Positions 1-11,838 of a stretch of DNA of 64,000 bases are shown piece after piece. The translations under genes were made by a program, and so were the position numbers. The DNA is from Mobula hypostoma (taxonomy: Eukaryota), in assembly GCF_963921235.1 (NCBI RefSeq), contig NC_086097.1:7502001-7566000 (forward strand), given 5' to 3'. The stretch's first letter is position 1, and each line of letters begins with the position of its first letter. The notes below the pieces were generated by a model, which saw only the letters and a list, made by a program, of their open reading frames with translations, had not been told where the DNA came from and made no database searches.

Positions 1-233
1 TGACTTAGGCTCTCTGACTTAATACAGGTGAGGTAGAATTTGCGGGCTGTCAATACAACCACTGCTAACTGGTAAATCACTGGGACTCTCTGTCACAAAG
101 AACTGTGAACCTTGGAGTCCTGGAGGCAGTTTCTGAGGAAGTGGATACATGTTGAAGATTGAAATTAGAGAACCATGGGGAACTGTCACAAAAGGGGATT
201 TGAGGCCTAGGGAAGATCAGTCATGAATGTATT

Positions 234-728
234 GCATCATAGAGGGAGTACAAAGAAGGTTCACCAGATTAATTCCTGGGATGGCAGGACTTTCATGTGA
301 TGAAAGACTGGATCGACTAGGCTTGTACTCTCTGGAATTTAGAAGATTGAGGGGGATCTGATTGAAACGTATAAAATTCTAAAGGGATTGGACAGGCTAG
401 ATGCAGGAAGATTGTTCCCGATGTTGGGGAAGTCCAGAACGAGGGGTCACAGTTTGAGGATAGAGGGGAAGCCTTTCAGGACCGAGATGAGGAGAAACTT
501 CACAAAGAGAGTGGTGAATCTGTGGAATTCTCTGCCACAGGAAACAGTTGAGGCCAGTTCACTGGCTATATTTAAGAGGGAGTTAGATACGGCCCTTGTG
601 GCTAAAGGGATCAGTGGGTATGGAGGGAAGGCTGGTACAGGGTTCTGAGTTGGATGATCAGCCATGATCATACTGAATGGCGGTGCAGACTCAAAGGGCC
701 AAATGGCCTACTCCTGCACCTATGTTCT
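234..728 (+). mobile_element. CR1 (HER1-like) LINE, 3' fragment
   Basis: ORF 388..648 has the CR1 ORF2 C-terminus (SRTRGHSLRI..RVVNLWNSLP), followed by the 3' tail gggccaaatggcctactcctgcacctatg. Confidence 0.9.
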
Positions 729-782
729 TTGTTTGTATGTTTCTATTACAATTATGCTTATGTTGAATTTTGGGTTAGATTG

Positions 783-1232
783 TATCAGTCCATCACAGAA
801 AATGCCCACCCCACCATTCAGCACAACTACAAGGAGAACTGCCACAGGAAAGCAGCATCCATCAAGGAACCCACCATCCAGGCCATGCTCTCTTCTCACT
901 GCGGCCAGTGGGATGGAGGTACAGGCGCTTAGGTCCCACACCACCAGGTTCTTGAACAGTCATCAGTCTCCTGAACCAGTGTGGATAACTTCACTCACCT
1001 CAACAATGAACTGATTCCACAACTATCAAGGGCTCGACAACTCATGTTCTCGGTATTATTTATTTATTTTTGTATTTATTCATTTGTTATTTATTTATGA
1101 TTGTATTTACATGGCTTGTCTTCTTTTGCACCTTGGTTGTTTGTCAGTCTGTGTGTAGTTTTTCATTGATTCTATTATATTATTTTTTGTTCTCCTCTGA
1201 ATACCCATAAGGACATGAATCTCAGGGTGGCA
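783..1232 (+). mobile_element. Rex1/Babar-like LINE, 3' fragment
   Basis: Frameshifted CHRKAASI..HALFSL..LRSHTTRF motif, also present in many other copies in the window. Confidence 0.75.
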
Positions 1233-1587
1233 TGCAGTATAAGTTAGTTAGGGCTTTATTGTCATTGCTGAGCACAGCGAGATTGCAGTGTTACTCCATT
1301 CAGTGCAAAGCAGCATGCTGGCAATTCAATTACTGTACTAAAAGCCCAATTCTAACTTTAAAGTTTCATCTGAGTTCTTTCAAATGACAGCTAAGTTACA
1401 AGTGAATTAAAAATAAGCATCTGTAAAATTAAAAGAAACAGTGGCTGCCCCATTCAAGTATTGCACATGCCTGTGTTATCAAATACAATGATTAAATATA
1501 AAATAGCATCAATAATTATGCCCATGTATTGCACTTAGAGATTGTCCATTGTGTCTATGGACTACGGGTGGGTGGGGGGGGGGGCGG

Positions 1588-1905
1588 TCATTGTTCAGTT
1601 GCACGCCAGCCCTGGGTAAAAGCTGTTTTTTTCAGTTTTGATATCTGTGTAGAGATGTTTCGGTATCTCCTGCAGGATGGTAGGAGACTAAACAGATGAT
1701 TACTGGGGTGGGATGAGTCCATCACGATGTTATGAGCCACCATAGACATTGTGAGTTGTGCATGGCTTCCATTCCTGATAGTTGTGCCCCAGTGATGCTC
1801 TGTGCAGTCCTGATCACCGGTTGAATTGCTTTCTGGTTGATCTTGTTGCAGCCCGTGTACCGTACTGTCACGCAATAGGTCAGCATGTTCTCAGTTACAC
1901 ATCAA
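1588..1905 (-). mobile_element. Rex1/Babar-like LINE fragment
   Basis: ORF 1588..1875 contains DSSHPSNHLFSLLPSCRRYRNI. Confidence 0.7.
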
Positions 1906-2449
1906 CAAAGGTTTACCTGCAGCTTTGAAAATCAATTAACTTTGAACTTTGAACCAAGAGACCAAAGAGCCTGCACTTGTTTCTGTGCTTTTTGTGCTGA
2001 ATTCTAATTTCTGTACAAGTGTCAGACCATGATGAACTGCTTCTTCTGGGGTGCGCATCATTTCGTTTACAATCCAGGCATTCAAAGGGAACTGTATAAT
2101 CAGGACTAGATACTAAATTCAAGACTGTTTAAAGTCATTTCTAGTGAATAAGTGTAAAGAAGAATGAAATGATTGTCTAAGAAGAAGGCTCATCATTACA
2201 GGGTCCAAACAGAGCTGATGGTAATTTGATTACATTAGTATGTGTGAGTCAGGCAATCGTGCTGCCTGTGGCTTGTTCTGTATTTATCACCTTAGATTGT
2301 GAGGCCAGTTCACCCATAATGCATATTTTTCTGAGTGTCAAACTGAGCACTACATTATCATTAATCAGGGGGGTGGCAGTTCAATATGGTTTCAACATTT
2401 CTCCACTTCCATTCTTTCACGTTAAACATGTTTCAGCCAGAAGTGAGTT

Positions 2450-3603
2450 TTTCTAGCGGCCATCCATTTTAATTCCTATCCCTATTCCGATTCCAACATG
2501 TTGGGCCACAATGAGGCCACTCTCAGGTTGGAGGAGCAACCTCATATTCTGTCTAGTTATCCTCCAACCTGAATATCTCTGTCCGCCAGAGAAAGCAGGA
2601 TCTCCCAGTGGCCACACATTTTAATTCCACATCCCATTCCTATTCTGATATGTCTATCCATGGCCTCCTCTACTGTAAAGATGAAGCCACACTCAGGTTG
2701 GAGGAACAACACCTTATATTCCATCTGGGTAGCCTCCAACTTGGTGGCATGAACATTGACTTCTCTAACTTCCACTAATGCCCCATCTCCCACTCGTACC
2801 CCAACCGTTATTTATTTATATACACACATTCTTTCTCTCTCTCTCCTTTTTCTCCCTCTGTCCCTCTGACTATACCCCTTGCCCATCCTCTGGGTTTTTT
2901 CCCCCTCCCTCTTTTCCTTCTCCCTGGGCCTCCTGTCCCATGATCCTCTCATATCCCTTTTGCCAATCACCTGTCCAGCTCTTGGCTCCATCCCTCCCCC
3001 TCCTGTCTTCTCCTATCATTTTGGTTCTCCCCCTCCCCCTCCCACTTTCAAATCTCTTACTAGCTCTTCCTTCAGTTAGTCCTGACGAAGGGTCTCAGCC
3101 CGAAACGTCGACTGTACCTCTTCCTAGAGATGCTGCTTGGCCTGCTGCGTTCACCAGCAACTTTGATGTGTGTTGCATGAATATTATTTTCTCCTTCCAG
3201 TAATTTTTTCCTCTTTTTTCCTTTTCTCCTCCCCTTCCATCTTCTTCTATTCCCCACGCTAGTCTCTTACCTCTTCCCTTTACCTACCTATCAACCACCC
3301 TTCCTTCTTCTCTTTCTCCTGTGGTCCACTCTCCTCTCCTATCAGACTTGTTCCTCTCCAGCCCTTTACTTCTCCTATCCACCTGGCTTCACTTATCACT
3401 TTCGAGCTAGCCTCCTTTCCCTCCTCCCACCTTTTTATTCCGGTATTTTTCCCCTTCCTTTCCAGTCTTTAAGAATGATCTCAGCCTGAAATGTCGACTA
3501 TTTATCAATTTCCATAGATGCTGCCTGACCGACTGAGTTCCTCCAGCATTTTGTGTGTGTGTTGCTCTGGATTTCCAGCATTTGCAGAATCTCTTGAGTT
3601 TAT
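2450..3603 (+). mobile_element. Penelope-like element 3' ends (GIY-YIG C-terminus plus pLTR), nested or tandem
   Basis: LRLEEQHLIFHLGSLQ..MNIDFSNF coding remnant, pyrimidine-rich pLTR and two hammerhead-motif copies. Confidence 0.8.
3077..3114 (+). ncRNA. Minimal type I hammerhead ribozyme motif in PLE pLTR
   Basis: UAGUC-CUGACGA-A-GGGU(CUCA)GCCC-GAAACGUC-GACUG: both core boxes, stem I, stem II and a GUC cleavage triplet. Confidence 0.75.
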
Positions 3604-4002
3604 GCTTCAGATTTTGCTGATTTTATTTGTTCTCTCCCGACGCATCTTTACTGATGTCATGTGTTGTCTCCTGAATATTTTCCTAACAAATTAGGAAACA
3701 GAATTTAAAAAACAAGAGAAAGGACAGAACAGGGTGGACTAAAGCGAACATCAGGGAATTCCACGTGAATTCAGTTCAGTAAAAACAAGCTTCAATTTGA
3801 AAACCCACAGACATCATGAGAATGATTAAAAGAATCAGATTCAGGCTGCTGAAAAATAAGTTTACTGCGCAAAATTTAACTGGTTGAGTGGGGTACTATT
3901 ATGACCAGGCGATGGTCTGTTTACTCATTATAAGCAATAAATCCAGTTTGCATTGATCGAACGTAAATTTATTAATAAGCACATTTTCTATTTTCATTTA
4001 TA

Positions 4003-4056
4003 CAGTACTGTGCACATATAAATAGCTAGGGCACCTAAGATTTTCGTCCAGGGCTG
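4003..4056. mobile_element. Tc1-type mini-MITE, degenerate
   Basis: ta|cagtactgtgca...ttttcgtccagggctg|ta, an inverted relative of 4412..4478. Confidence 0.5.
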
Positions 4057-4411
4057 TAGTGATTGCACTTTACTGCTGCTGTTGCAAAAAAGAAAACAAA
4101 TTTTATGACATATATGAGTGATGATAAACCTGATACCGATATGGGTCTATATTGCTGTCTGAGATTGGGAAGGGGGCAGGGAGAGGGGATTCATGGTTAG
4201 GAAAAGAGGAAGGGAGAGGGGAGGGAGCTGGAAGCACCAGAGTGACTTTGCTTGGGACGGTTGTGTCAGCACCTCCACCATCTTCCACTCCAGCACTCCC
4301 TCTCTGCCACCCGTCCCACACCCCTCCCATGCTGCTCTACCTTCGCCTTTCCCAAAATGCTTTGCTTCCGGCAAATTTACAGACATGCTCTCTCCTCCAT
4401 GTTGACAAATA

Positions 4412-4478
4412 CAGTACTATGCAAAATTCATAGACACCCTAGCTATATATATGTGCCTAAGACTTTTGCAGAGTACTG
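4412..4478. mobile_element. Tc1-type mini-MITE (67 bp)
   Basis: Inverted ends cagtactatgcaaaattcatagacac / gtgcctaagacttttgcagagtactg, with TA on the left flank. Confidence 0.65.
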
Positions 4479-4856
4479 CACAGTATATAATATATGTTGC
4501 ATATTGATATACTTAGACTTATCATTCATGTACACACAATATTAAATCATATGTATGATGTTCCATGATAAAGACAGCAGCCATACTGTGGCATTCAGTT
4601 GTGTATGCCTGACTTGGCTCTTTCATAGTTACATACGCTAAGGGCTGTAAATAAGCATATCATAAGGTCAATCAGAGGTTAGTTCCTGATGGTTCAGGAG
4701 GGATAAATTGGGAGCCGCTATGGAAGATACTTCCTCGTGCTAGATCACAAGAGGCCTATGGGGAAGTAACCGACTGCAAGGTCTATTTGATAAAAAGAGC
4801 ATAATCAAAAATGCTACATGTACAAAACCAGAAGTGCGTTTAATGCCTCCTTACAT

Positions 4857-5640
4857 ATTCACAGAAAAAGCAGCGGTCCCAACACCGACCCCTGTGGAAC
4901 TCCACTGGTAACCAGCAGCCAGCCAGAATAGTATCCCTTTATTCCCACTCTCTGTTTTCTGCCGATCAGCCAATGTTCCACCCATGCTAGTAACTCCTCT
5001 GTAATTCCATGGGCTCTATCTTGCTAAGCAGCCTCATGTGCGGCACCTTGTCAAAGGCCTTCAGAAAATCCAAGTACACCACATCTACTACATCTCCTTT
5101 GTCTACTCTGCTTGTAATCTCCTCCAAGAATTGCAGTAGGTTAGTCAGGCAGGATTTTCCTTTCAGGAAACCATGCTTGCTTTGGCCTATCTTGTCATGT
5201 GCCCACAGGTACTTGGTAATCTCATCCCTAACAATCGATTCCAACAACTTCCTAACCACTGATGTCAGGCTAACAGGTCTATAGTTTTCTTTCTGCTGCG
5301 ACCCACCCTTCTTAAATAGTGGAGTAATTTTCCAGTCATCCATTACAGTGCCAGACTCTATCAATTCTTGAAAGATCATTGTTAATGCCTCCAACAATCT
5401 CTCCAGCTGCTTTCTTCAAAACCCGAGGGTGCATTCCATCAGGTCCAGGAGATTTATCCACCCTCAGACCATTAAGCTTCCTGAGCACCTTCTCATTCGT
5501 AATTTTCACTGCACATACGTCACTTCCCTGACACTCTTGAATGCCCAGCATACTGCAGATGCCTTCCACTGTAAAGACTGATGCAAAATACGCATTCAGT
5601 TCCTTTGCCATCTCTGCGTCTCTCATTACAATGTCTCCAT
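4857..5640 (-). mobile_element. CR1 LINE, RT N-terminal region, frameshifted
   Basis: ORFs 5336..5656 (KSPGPDGMHPRVLK) and 4987..5397 (NYRPVSLTS, VYLDFLKAFDKVPH). Confidence 0.93.
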
Positions 5641-5646
5641 CAAAGA

Positions 5647-5925
5647 TGGGCACCATGGTTGTGCAGCGGTTAGAACAGCAATATTACCGCTCTGAGTTCA
5701 ATCCCAGCGTCCTCTGACAAGCTTCTCCGCAAGCCTTCTCGTAGAATATGTGTGTTTCCTCCAGGTACCCCCGGTTTCCCCCCACAGTCCAAAGAGGTAC
5801 TGGTTTTGATAGGTTAATTGGCCATTTTAATTTGTCCTGTAATAAAGCTCGGGTTAAATTGGGGGTTACTGGGTGGTGAAGCTCGAAGGGCTGGAACAGC
5901 CTATTCCGTGCTGTATCTAAAAAAA
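5647..5925 (+). mobile_element. HE1-like V-SINE
   Basis: tRNA-like head (gagttcaatccc), V-domain-like gtttcctccaggtacccccggtttcccccacagtccaaaga, and a CR1-like tail. Confidence 0.7.
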
Positions 5926-6076
5926 AGATTAAGCACATAGTGCTGATAAAGTCATAGAGTCGCAGAAAAGTACTGTGCAAATACAGGCCCTTTGGCTCAT
6001 CTGGTTCATGCCGAAACATTACATACTTTGAACTGGAAGAAGTACATTGGTTTACCTAAAATATTTCGACAGCAAT

Positions 6077-7540
6077 GAAACATAGAAACGTAGAAACATA
6101 GAAAACCTACAGCACAATACAGGCCCTTCAGCCCACAATACTTACTTTAGAAATTACCTAAGCTTACCCATAGCCCTCTATCTTTCTGAGCTCCATGTAT
6201 CTATCCAGGAGTTTCTTAAAATAGCGTATCATATCCATCACCGTCGTCGGCAGCTCATTCCACGCACTCACCAGTCTCTGTGTAAAAAACTTACCCCTGA
6301 CATCTCCTCTGTTCCTATTTCCAAGCACATAAAAACTGTACCCTCTAGTGTTAGCTATTTCAGCCTTGGGAAAAAGCCTCTGACTATCTACACGATCAAT
6401 GCCTCTCATCATCTTTTTTTTTGGTGTGCGCCTGTGTGCGTGCAAGTCTGTGCATCTGCCTCTGTGTGTGCGTGCGTGCGCGTCTGTGTGTGCGCGCGTG
6501 CGTCCGTGATGATGTCTTTTTCATGGCTTTTTACAAGGCGCAGAGCGAGAGAGAGACTGTGTGCCACACCACTCCTCACACAGACACTTTTGCAGTATTT
6601 TCCCTTTATTTTACAAGGTCGAGTTGCAATCACAACACTCAACCCAGCACGGATGGAAAGCACACTCGGGAGCTGACCTGACTGGTTTCGAACCCGGGAA
6701 CCTCCACTCCCGGGTCCGGCACCAATGTCGTTGCGCCACCTGCCAGCCTGCCTCTCATCATCTTATACAGCTCTATCAGCTCACCTCTCATCCTTCGCCA
6801 CTCCAAGGAGAAAAGTCCAAGTTCATTCAACTGATTCTCATAAGGAATACTCCCCAATCCAGGAAATATCCTTGTAAATCTCCTCTGCACCTTTTCTATA
6901 GTTTCTGCATCCTTCCTGTAGTGACGTGACCAGAACTGAGCACAGTACTTCAAGTGGGATCTGACCAGGGTTCTATACAGCTGTAACATTAGCTCTCGGC
7001 TCTTGAACTCAATCCCACGGTTGATGAAGGTCAACACCCCGCATGCCTTCTTCACCACACATTCAACCTGCGCAGCAGCTTTGAGTGTCCTATGGACTCG
7101 GATCCCTCTGATCTTTCACACTGCCAAGAGTCTTACCATTAATTCTATATTCTGTCATCATATTTGACCTACCAAAATGAACCACCTCACACTTACCTGG
7201 GCTGATCTCCATCTGCCACTTATCAGCCCTCTTTTGTATCCTTTTGATGTCCCTCTGTAAGCCCTCTGACAGCCTTCCACACTATGCACAACACCTCCAA
7301 CCGTTGTGTCATCAGTAAATTTACTAACCCATCCCTCCGCTTCCTCAACCAGGTCATTTATAGATATCACGAAGAGAAGGGGTACAAGAACAGATCCCTG
7401 AGGCACACCATTGGTCACCAAACTCCATGCAGAATATAACACGACTACAACCACTCTTTGTTTTCTGTGGGCAAGCCAATTCTGGATCCACAAAGCAAGG
7501 ATCCCATGCCTCCTTATTGTCTCAATAAGCCTTGCATGGG
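6077..7540 (-). mobile_element. CR1 LINE, RT to 3' end, interrupted by a SINE
   Basis: ORFs 7158..7493 (GVPQGSVL, KFTDD), 6639..7058 and 6164..6445; (tttctatg)n tail at 6077..6105. Confidence 0.92.
6416..6748 (-). mobile_element. tRNA-derived SINE with 16-bp TSD
   Basis: Box A-like tggcgcaacg, box B ggttcgaaacc, CA/CG-repeat and oligo-A tail; TSD tgcctctcatcatctt at 6400..6415 and 6749..6764. Confidence 0.85.
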
Positions 7541-8129
7541 GTGTGAGTGGTATGAAATTGGCTCATATTTTTCTTTCATGTTGTACAATCCCCAAAAAAT
7601 CTACATTAACATAAAAATAATTATATTTAAAAGTCACACCAGAAAGTAATGAATAATTGTGTAAGTTGTGATATAGAGAAGTGGACAACTTGTTGATACA
7701 ATTTAAACTCTGCAAGGCTATGTAAGGGAAGAGTTAATTGACTGAGCTATTCTACACAGAACAGTGTATTCCATGTGGGTTTTAGTTAATCATCAGAGTT
7801 TTGGAATGATCCACAGAACACTCAAATACAAGTGTGGTCAATTGATTTTTTCATTTTTGTTAAAGTACTGTGTGAGTCACAGCCTTGACATATGAAAGAA
7901 AACTAACTACAGATACCAGATATGAGCCTACATAGCCTTCAGGGTAGAAGAATGATCTCTCGTTACCAGTTAAAAATAAACAGTGCCTCAGGAACTAAGC
8001 AGCAGTAACAACAAAAAAATTGTCTTACATTTTAATGTTGGTTCTGGCGACAGTTCAGTGAGGAGAATAGAACAGAAGCTATAAGAACAATGAAAGGTAT
8101 CATCAAGGTTCTTCAGAGACTTACAGTAT

Positions 8130-8620
8130 ATCATCATCACCATCATCATTATGTGCTATGTTATATGACATGGGTAACCATGGTGTTTTTGGCTAACTTA
8201 TCTACCAAGGTTTGCCAATGCCTTCTTCTGGGCAGTTTCTTTGCAAGACGGGTGGCCCCCAGCCATTATCAACACTCCTCAGGACTGGACAGGACCGTCC
8301 TGAAAAAGGGTTTTGGCCTGAAACGTTGTCTGTTTACTGTTTTTCATAGATGCTGCCTAGTCTGATGAGTTCCTCCAGCATCTTGTGTGTGTTGTTCTTC
8401 AGAGATTGTAAGGCTGCAATCAGTGGTTGCATAACCAAGGCTTGTGATATCCACCAGCTGTTCATACGACCATTCTTTCCCTACACCCATGGCTTCACAT
8501 GACCCTGATCGGAGGCCTAAGCAAATACTACAACCTTGCTTAAGAGTAACCCACCTTATAGCTCTTTTGGTAGAAATGTATCTTCACCCCACCACCCAAC
8601 AGGCTTAAAATCCAGGGAAA
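8130..8620 (-). mobile_element. Short RTE-tailed retroposon (family A) with a nested PLE pLTR piece at about 8285..8395
   Basis: Matches 36900..37293 and 56608..56966; aaggca(a)tggcaaacc RTE-type tail motif and (gat)n tail. Confidence 0.65.
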
Positions 8621-8854
8621 GAACCCAAGGATGAGACAGGTAATGGTCACTCACTGTTAAATAGGGATATGATTGGATGGCTGGTATTGCTGTAATCTAG
8701 ATGGTAGGAATAATAATCTATACTCGCGAGTTCATATCTCTCCAGAACATCTGTGGATTTTAATTCCAGCTAATTACAAAATGTAGTGCAAACCCATAAT
8801 ATTGTCAATGGTAAGTTTGAAACTACTGAGTTATCAAGAAATTTCTTGAGTTGT

Positions 8855-9161
8855 CTCTTCTCATTGGTACCAACAAGAAGGAGATACAAGAGCCCGAAGA
8901 CACACACTGAACAATTTAGGAACAACTTCTTCCCCTCCATCATCAGATTTCTGAATGAACAATGAACCCATGAACACTACCTTAGTATTTTTTTGCACTC
9001 TCACTACTTAATTTAATTTAATTTAATTTAATTACATATTTCTTATTGTAATTTATAGTTCTTTAAAAAAAAATTGTGATGTATCACAATGTACTGTTGC
9101 CATAAAACAACAAATTTCATGACGTATGCCAATAATATTAAATCTGTTTCTGATTCTGATT
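8855..9161 (+). mobile_element. Rex1/Babar-like 3' end
   Basis: RRYKSPK..FRNNFFPS remnant and (tctgat)n tail. Confidence 0.65.
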
Positions 9162-9456
9162 CATCAAAAAAAAAATCAGGTCCTTTAATCTCCTACAGAA
9201 AAAGTAATTTTATTCCGTCTGGTCTGCATATGACCTCAGATCCATCAATGTGGTTGACTCTCAGCAAGCCACTAAAGTCATAGGCTGTTAATTATTGACA
9301 ATAAATCCTAATTTCTGTTACCACATAGTTATGAATCATCAATGAGCAATGTTTTAATGCCATTATTCAAGGAAACAAAAGTATCAAGTATTTGGAAACT
9401 TTCCTGTTAGGTAAAGACAAATCAAATTTGAATATACCTTTATTAGAAGCAACTTA

Positions 9457-10003
9457 GAGTCATGGAAAATTACAACACAGAAACAGGCCCTTCAGCCCTT
9501 CTAGTCCATGCCAAACCACTTAAACTACCTACTCCCATCGATCTGCACTGGGACCAGAGCCCTCTGTACCCCTACCACTCATGTCCAAACTTCTCTTAAT
9601 CATTGAAATCGAACTTGCATGCACCACTTGTGCTTGCAGGTCGTTTGACACTCTCACTAAGTGAAGAGGTTTCCCCTTATGTTCCCTTTAAACTTTTCAC
9701 CTTTCACTCTTAATCGAAAGAATTGCAGCCCCATTCAACTTTGATGGAAAGAGCCTGTTTGCATCTACCCTGTTTATCTTCTCATAATTTTGTATACCTC
9801 TATCAGGTTTCCTCTCAATCTTCTATGTTCCAAAGAACGAAGTCCTAACCTCTTCAGTCTTTTATAACTCAGGTCTTCCAGACCAGGCAACGTCCTTGTA
9901 AATTTTCTCTCTACTCTTTCAACCTTATTTATATCTTTCCTGCAGGTAGGTGACCAAAACTGCACACAATACTTCATATTAGTCCTCACTAATGTCATAT
10001 ACA
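9457..10003 (-). mobile_element. CR1 LINE, 3' fragment
   Basis: ORF 9774..10061 (YCVQFWSP..RRLRGNLIEVYKIM). Confidence 0.88.
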
Positions 10004-10739
10004 ATAAGCAATAATGTGAATGGACGTTTGGAGATCCAGTTAAAAAAATATGTGAATGCAATTACAGGTAGATAAATCTGTTAAAATAGAATGCATTTGA
10101 ACTTGAAAAATAGGAGCCGGATGAGTTGTTTATATATATTTTTATAGTGTGCAGTATCTTTGATGAGAGAAACAGAATTAATAATTCAGGTTTCTGTAGG
10201 CGGAACACTTTAAGGAAGACGACTTTATAATTGACAGGTATATGTATTAACACTTCAAAACTTCAGGACCTGGCTGAGCATATCTAAGTTCAAAGTACAG
10301 TAAATTTACTATGAAAGTATATATACTTCACCACATACAACCCTGAGATTCATTTTCTTGAGGGCATTCACACAAAATAAATAGAATCCACTGAAAAACA
10401 CAAACAAGAAGATGAACAAACAACCAATGCGCAGAAGGTAACAAATTGAGCAATTGCCCCATTCTCAGCTCTATCACTCTGGTTCCCATCACCCTGCCAA
10501 ATTGGATTAAACTCTCCAAAATAGCTCGAGCAAACCTGCACCTCCCCCACCCTCCCCCCACTGTAATTTCACTTACTCCACCGAAATACTGCTACGTGAG
10601 AGTTTACTTTCTCCCTATCAAATTTCAAGTTGAACTCAATCATACTGTGATCACTGTCTCCTTAGGGTTCTTTTACCTTGAGCTCCCTAATCACCTTCGG
10701 TTCATTACATGACACCTAATCCGGTATAGCTGACCCTCT

Positions 10740-11400
10740 GGTAGCCTCAATGACAAAATGCTCTAAAAAGCCATCTCATAGGCATTCAACAAACTCACTC
10801 TCTTGAGATCCATTTCCAACCTGATTTTCCAATCGACGGGCATGTCCCATGATCTCATAACATTGTCCTTTTGACACGCCTCTTCTATTTTCTGTTGTAA
10901 TCCATAGTCTGCATCCCAGCTACTGTTGGTAGGCCTGTTTATAACTGCCATCAGGGTTCTTTTACCTTTGCACTTTCTGAATTCAACCCACAAGGATTCA
11001 ACTTCTTCTGATCCTATGTCACATTTTTCTGTTGATTTGATGGCATTGTTTACCAGCAGAGCCACACCACCCCCTCTGCCCACTTTCCTATCCCTCTGAT
11101 ACAACATGTAACCTTATACATTTAGCTCCCAGCTACAACCATCCTTCAGCCATGACTCAGTGATGGTCACAACATCATACCTGACAATCTGTAATAGAGC
11201 AACAAGATCATTCACGTTGTTTCTTATATTCCTAGTATTGAGAAGTAACACTTTGAGTACGGTATTTGCTGCCCTTTGTGTTTCTGCATCCCTAATACAC
11301 TGATACTTACCCTACTGGCTGCAATTATGTCCTATTATCTGCCTGGACTTCCTCACAGTCTGACTGCACACTGTCTTTGGGTATTTACCATCCATAACAG
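10740..11400 (-). mobile_element. CR1 LINE, APE endonuclease region
   Basis: ORF 10763..11107 (RDRKVGRGGGVALLV..ESLWVE), homologous to 40047..40380 and 48830..49310. Confidence 0.85.
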
Positions 11401-11454
11401 AGGGGAAGAAGTTTTTCCTAAAATATCTCCAGGCTCCTGAATCTCCTTCGTGCC

Positions 11455-11838
11455 ATCACTGGTAAAATCTTCCTTATCACTAAGCACACCAACATGAAAC
11501 ATTGTCGCAGGAAAGCAGCATCCATCGTCAGGGAGCCCCAGCACCCAGGCCATGCTCTCTTCTCACTGCTGCCACCAGGAAGAAGGCACAGAAGCCGCAG
11601 GTCCCACACCACCAGTTTCAGGAACAGTTATTACCCCTCATCCAACAGGCTCTTGAACCAAATCGGAGAACTTCACTCAACTTCACTTGCCCCATCATTG
11701 AAATGTTCCTACAACCTATGGACTCACTCTCAAGGACACTTCATCTCATGTTCTTGATATCTATTGTTTATTTACTTATTATTATTTTTTCTTTCCTTTT
11801 GTCTTTGAATAGTTTGCAGTCTTTTGCAACTGGTTGAA
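11455..11838 (+). mobile_element. Rex1/Babar-like 3' fragment
   Basis: ORF 11494..11757 (HPGHALFSLLPPGRRHRS..FRNSYYP). Confidence 0.8.

Noticed and set aside
1567..1587. G run as a functional G-quadruplex
   Set aside because: A simple homopolymer at a LINE 3' boundary with no other support.
1913..2122. Minus-strand ORF or exon in semi-unique sequence
   Set aside because: It includes an aactttga repeat typical of LINE tails, has no recognisable protein similarity and has weak splice signals.
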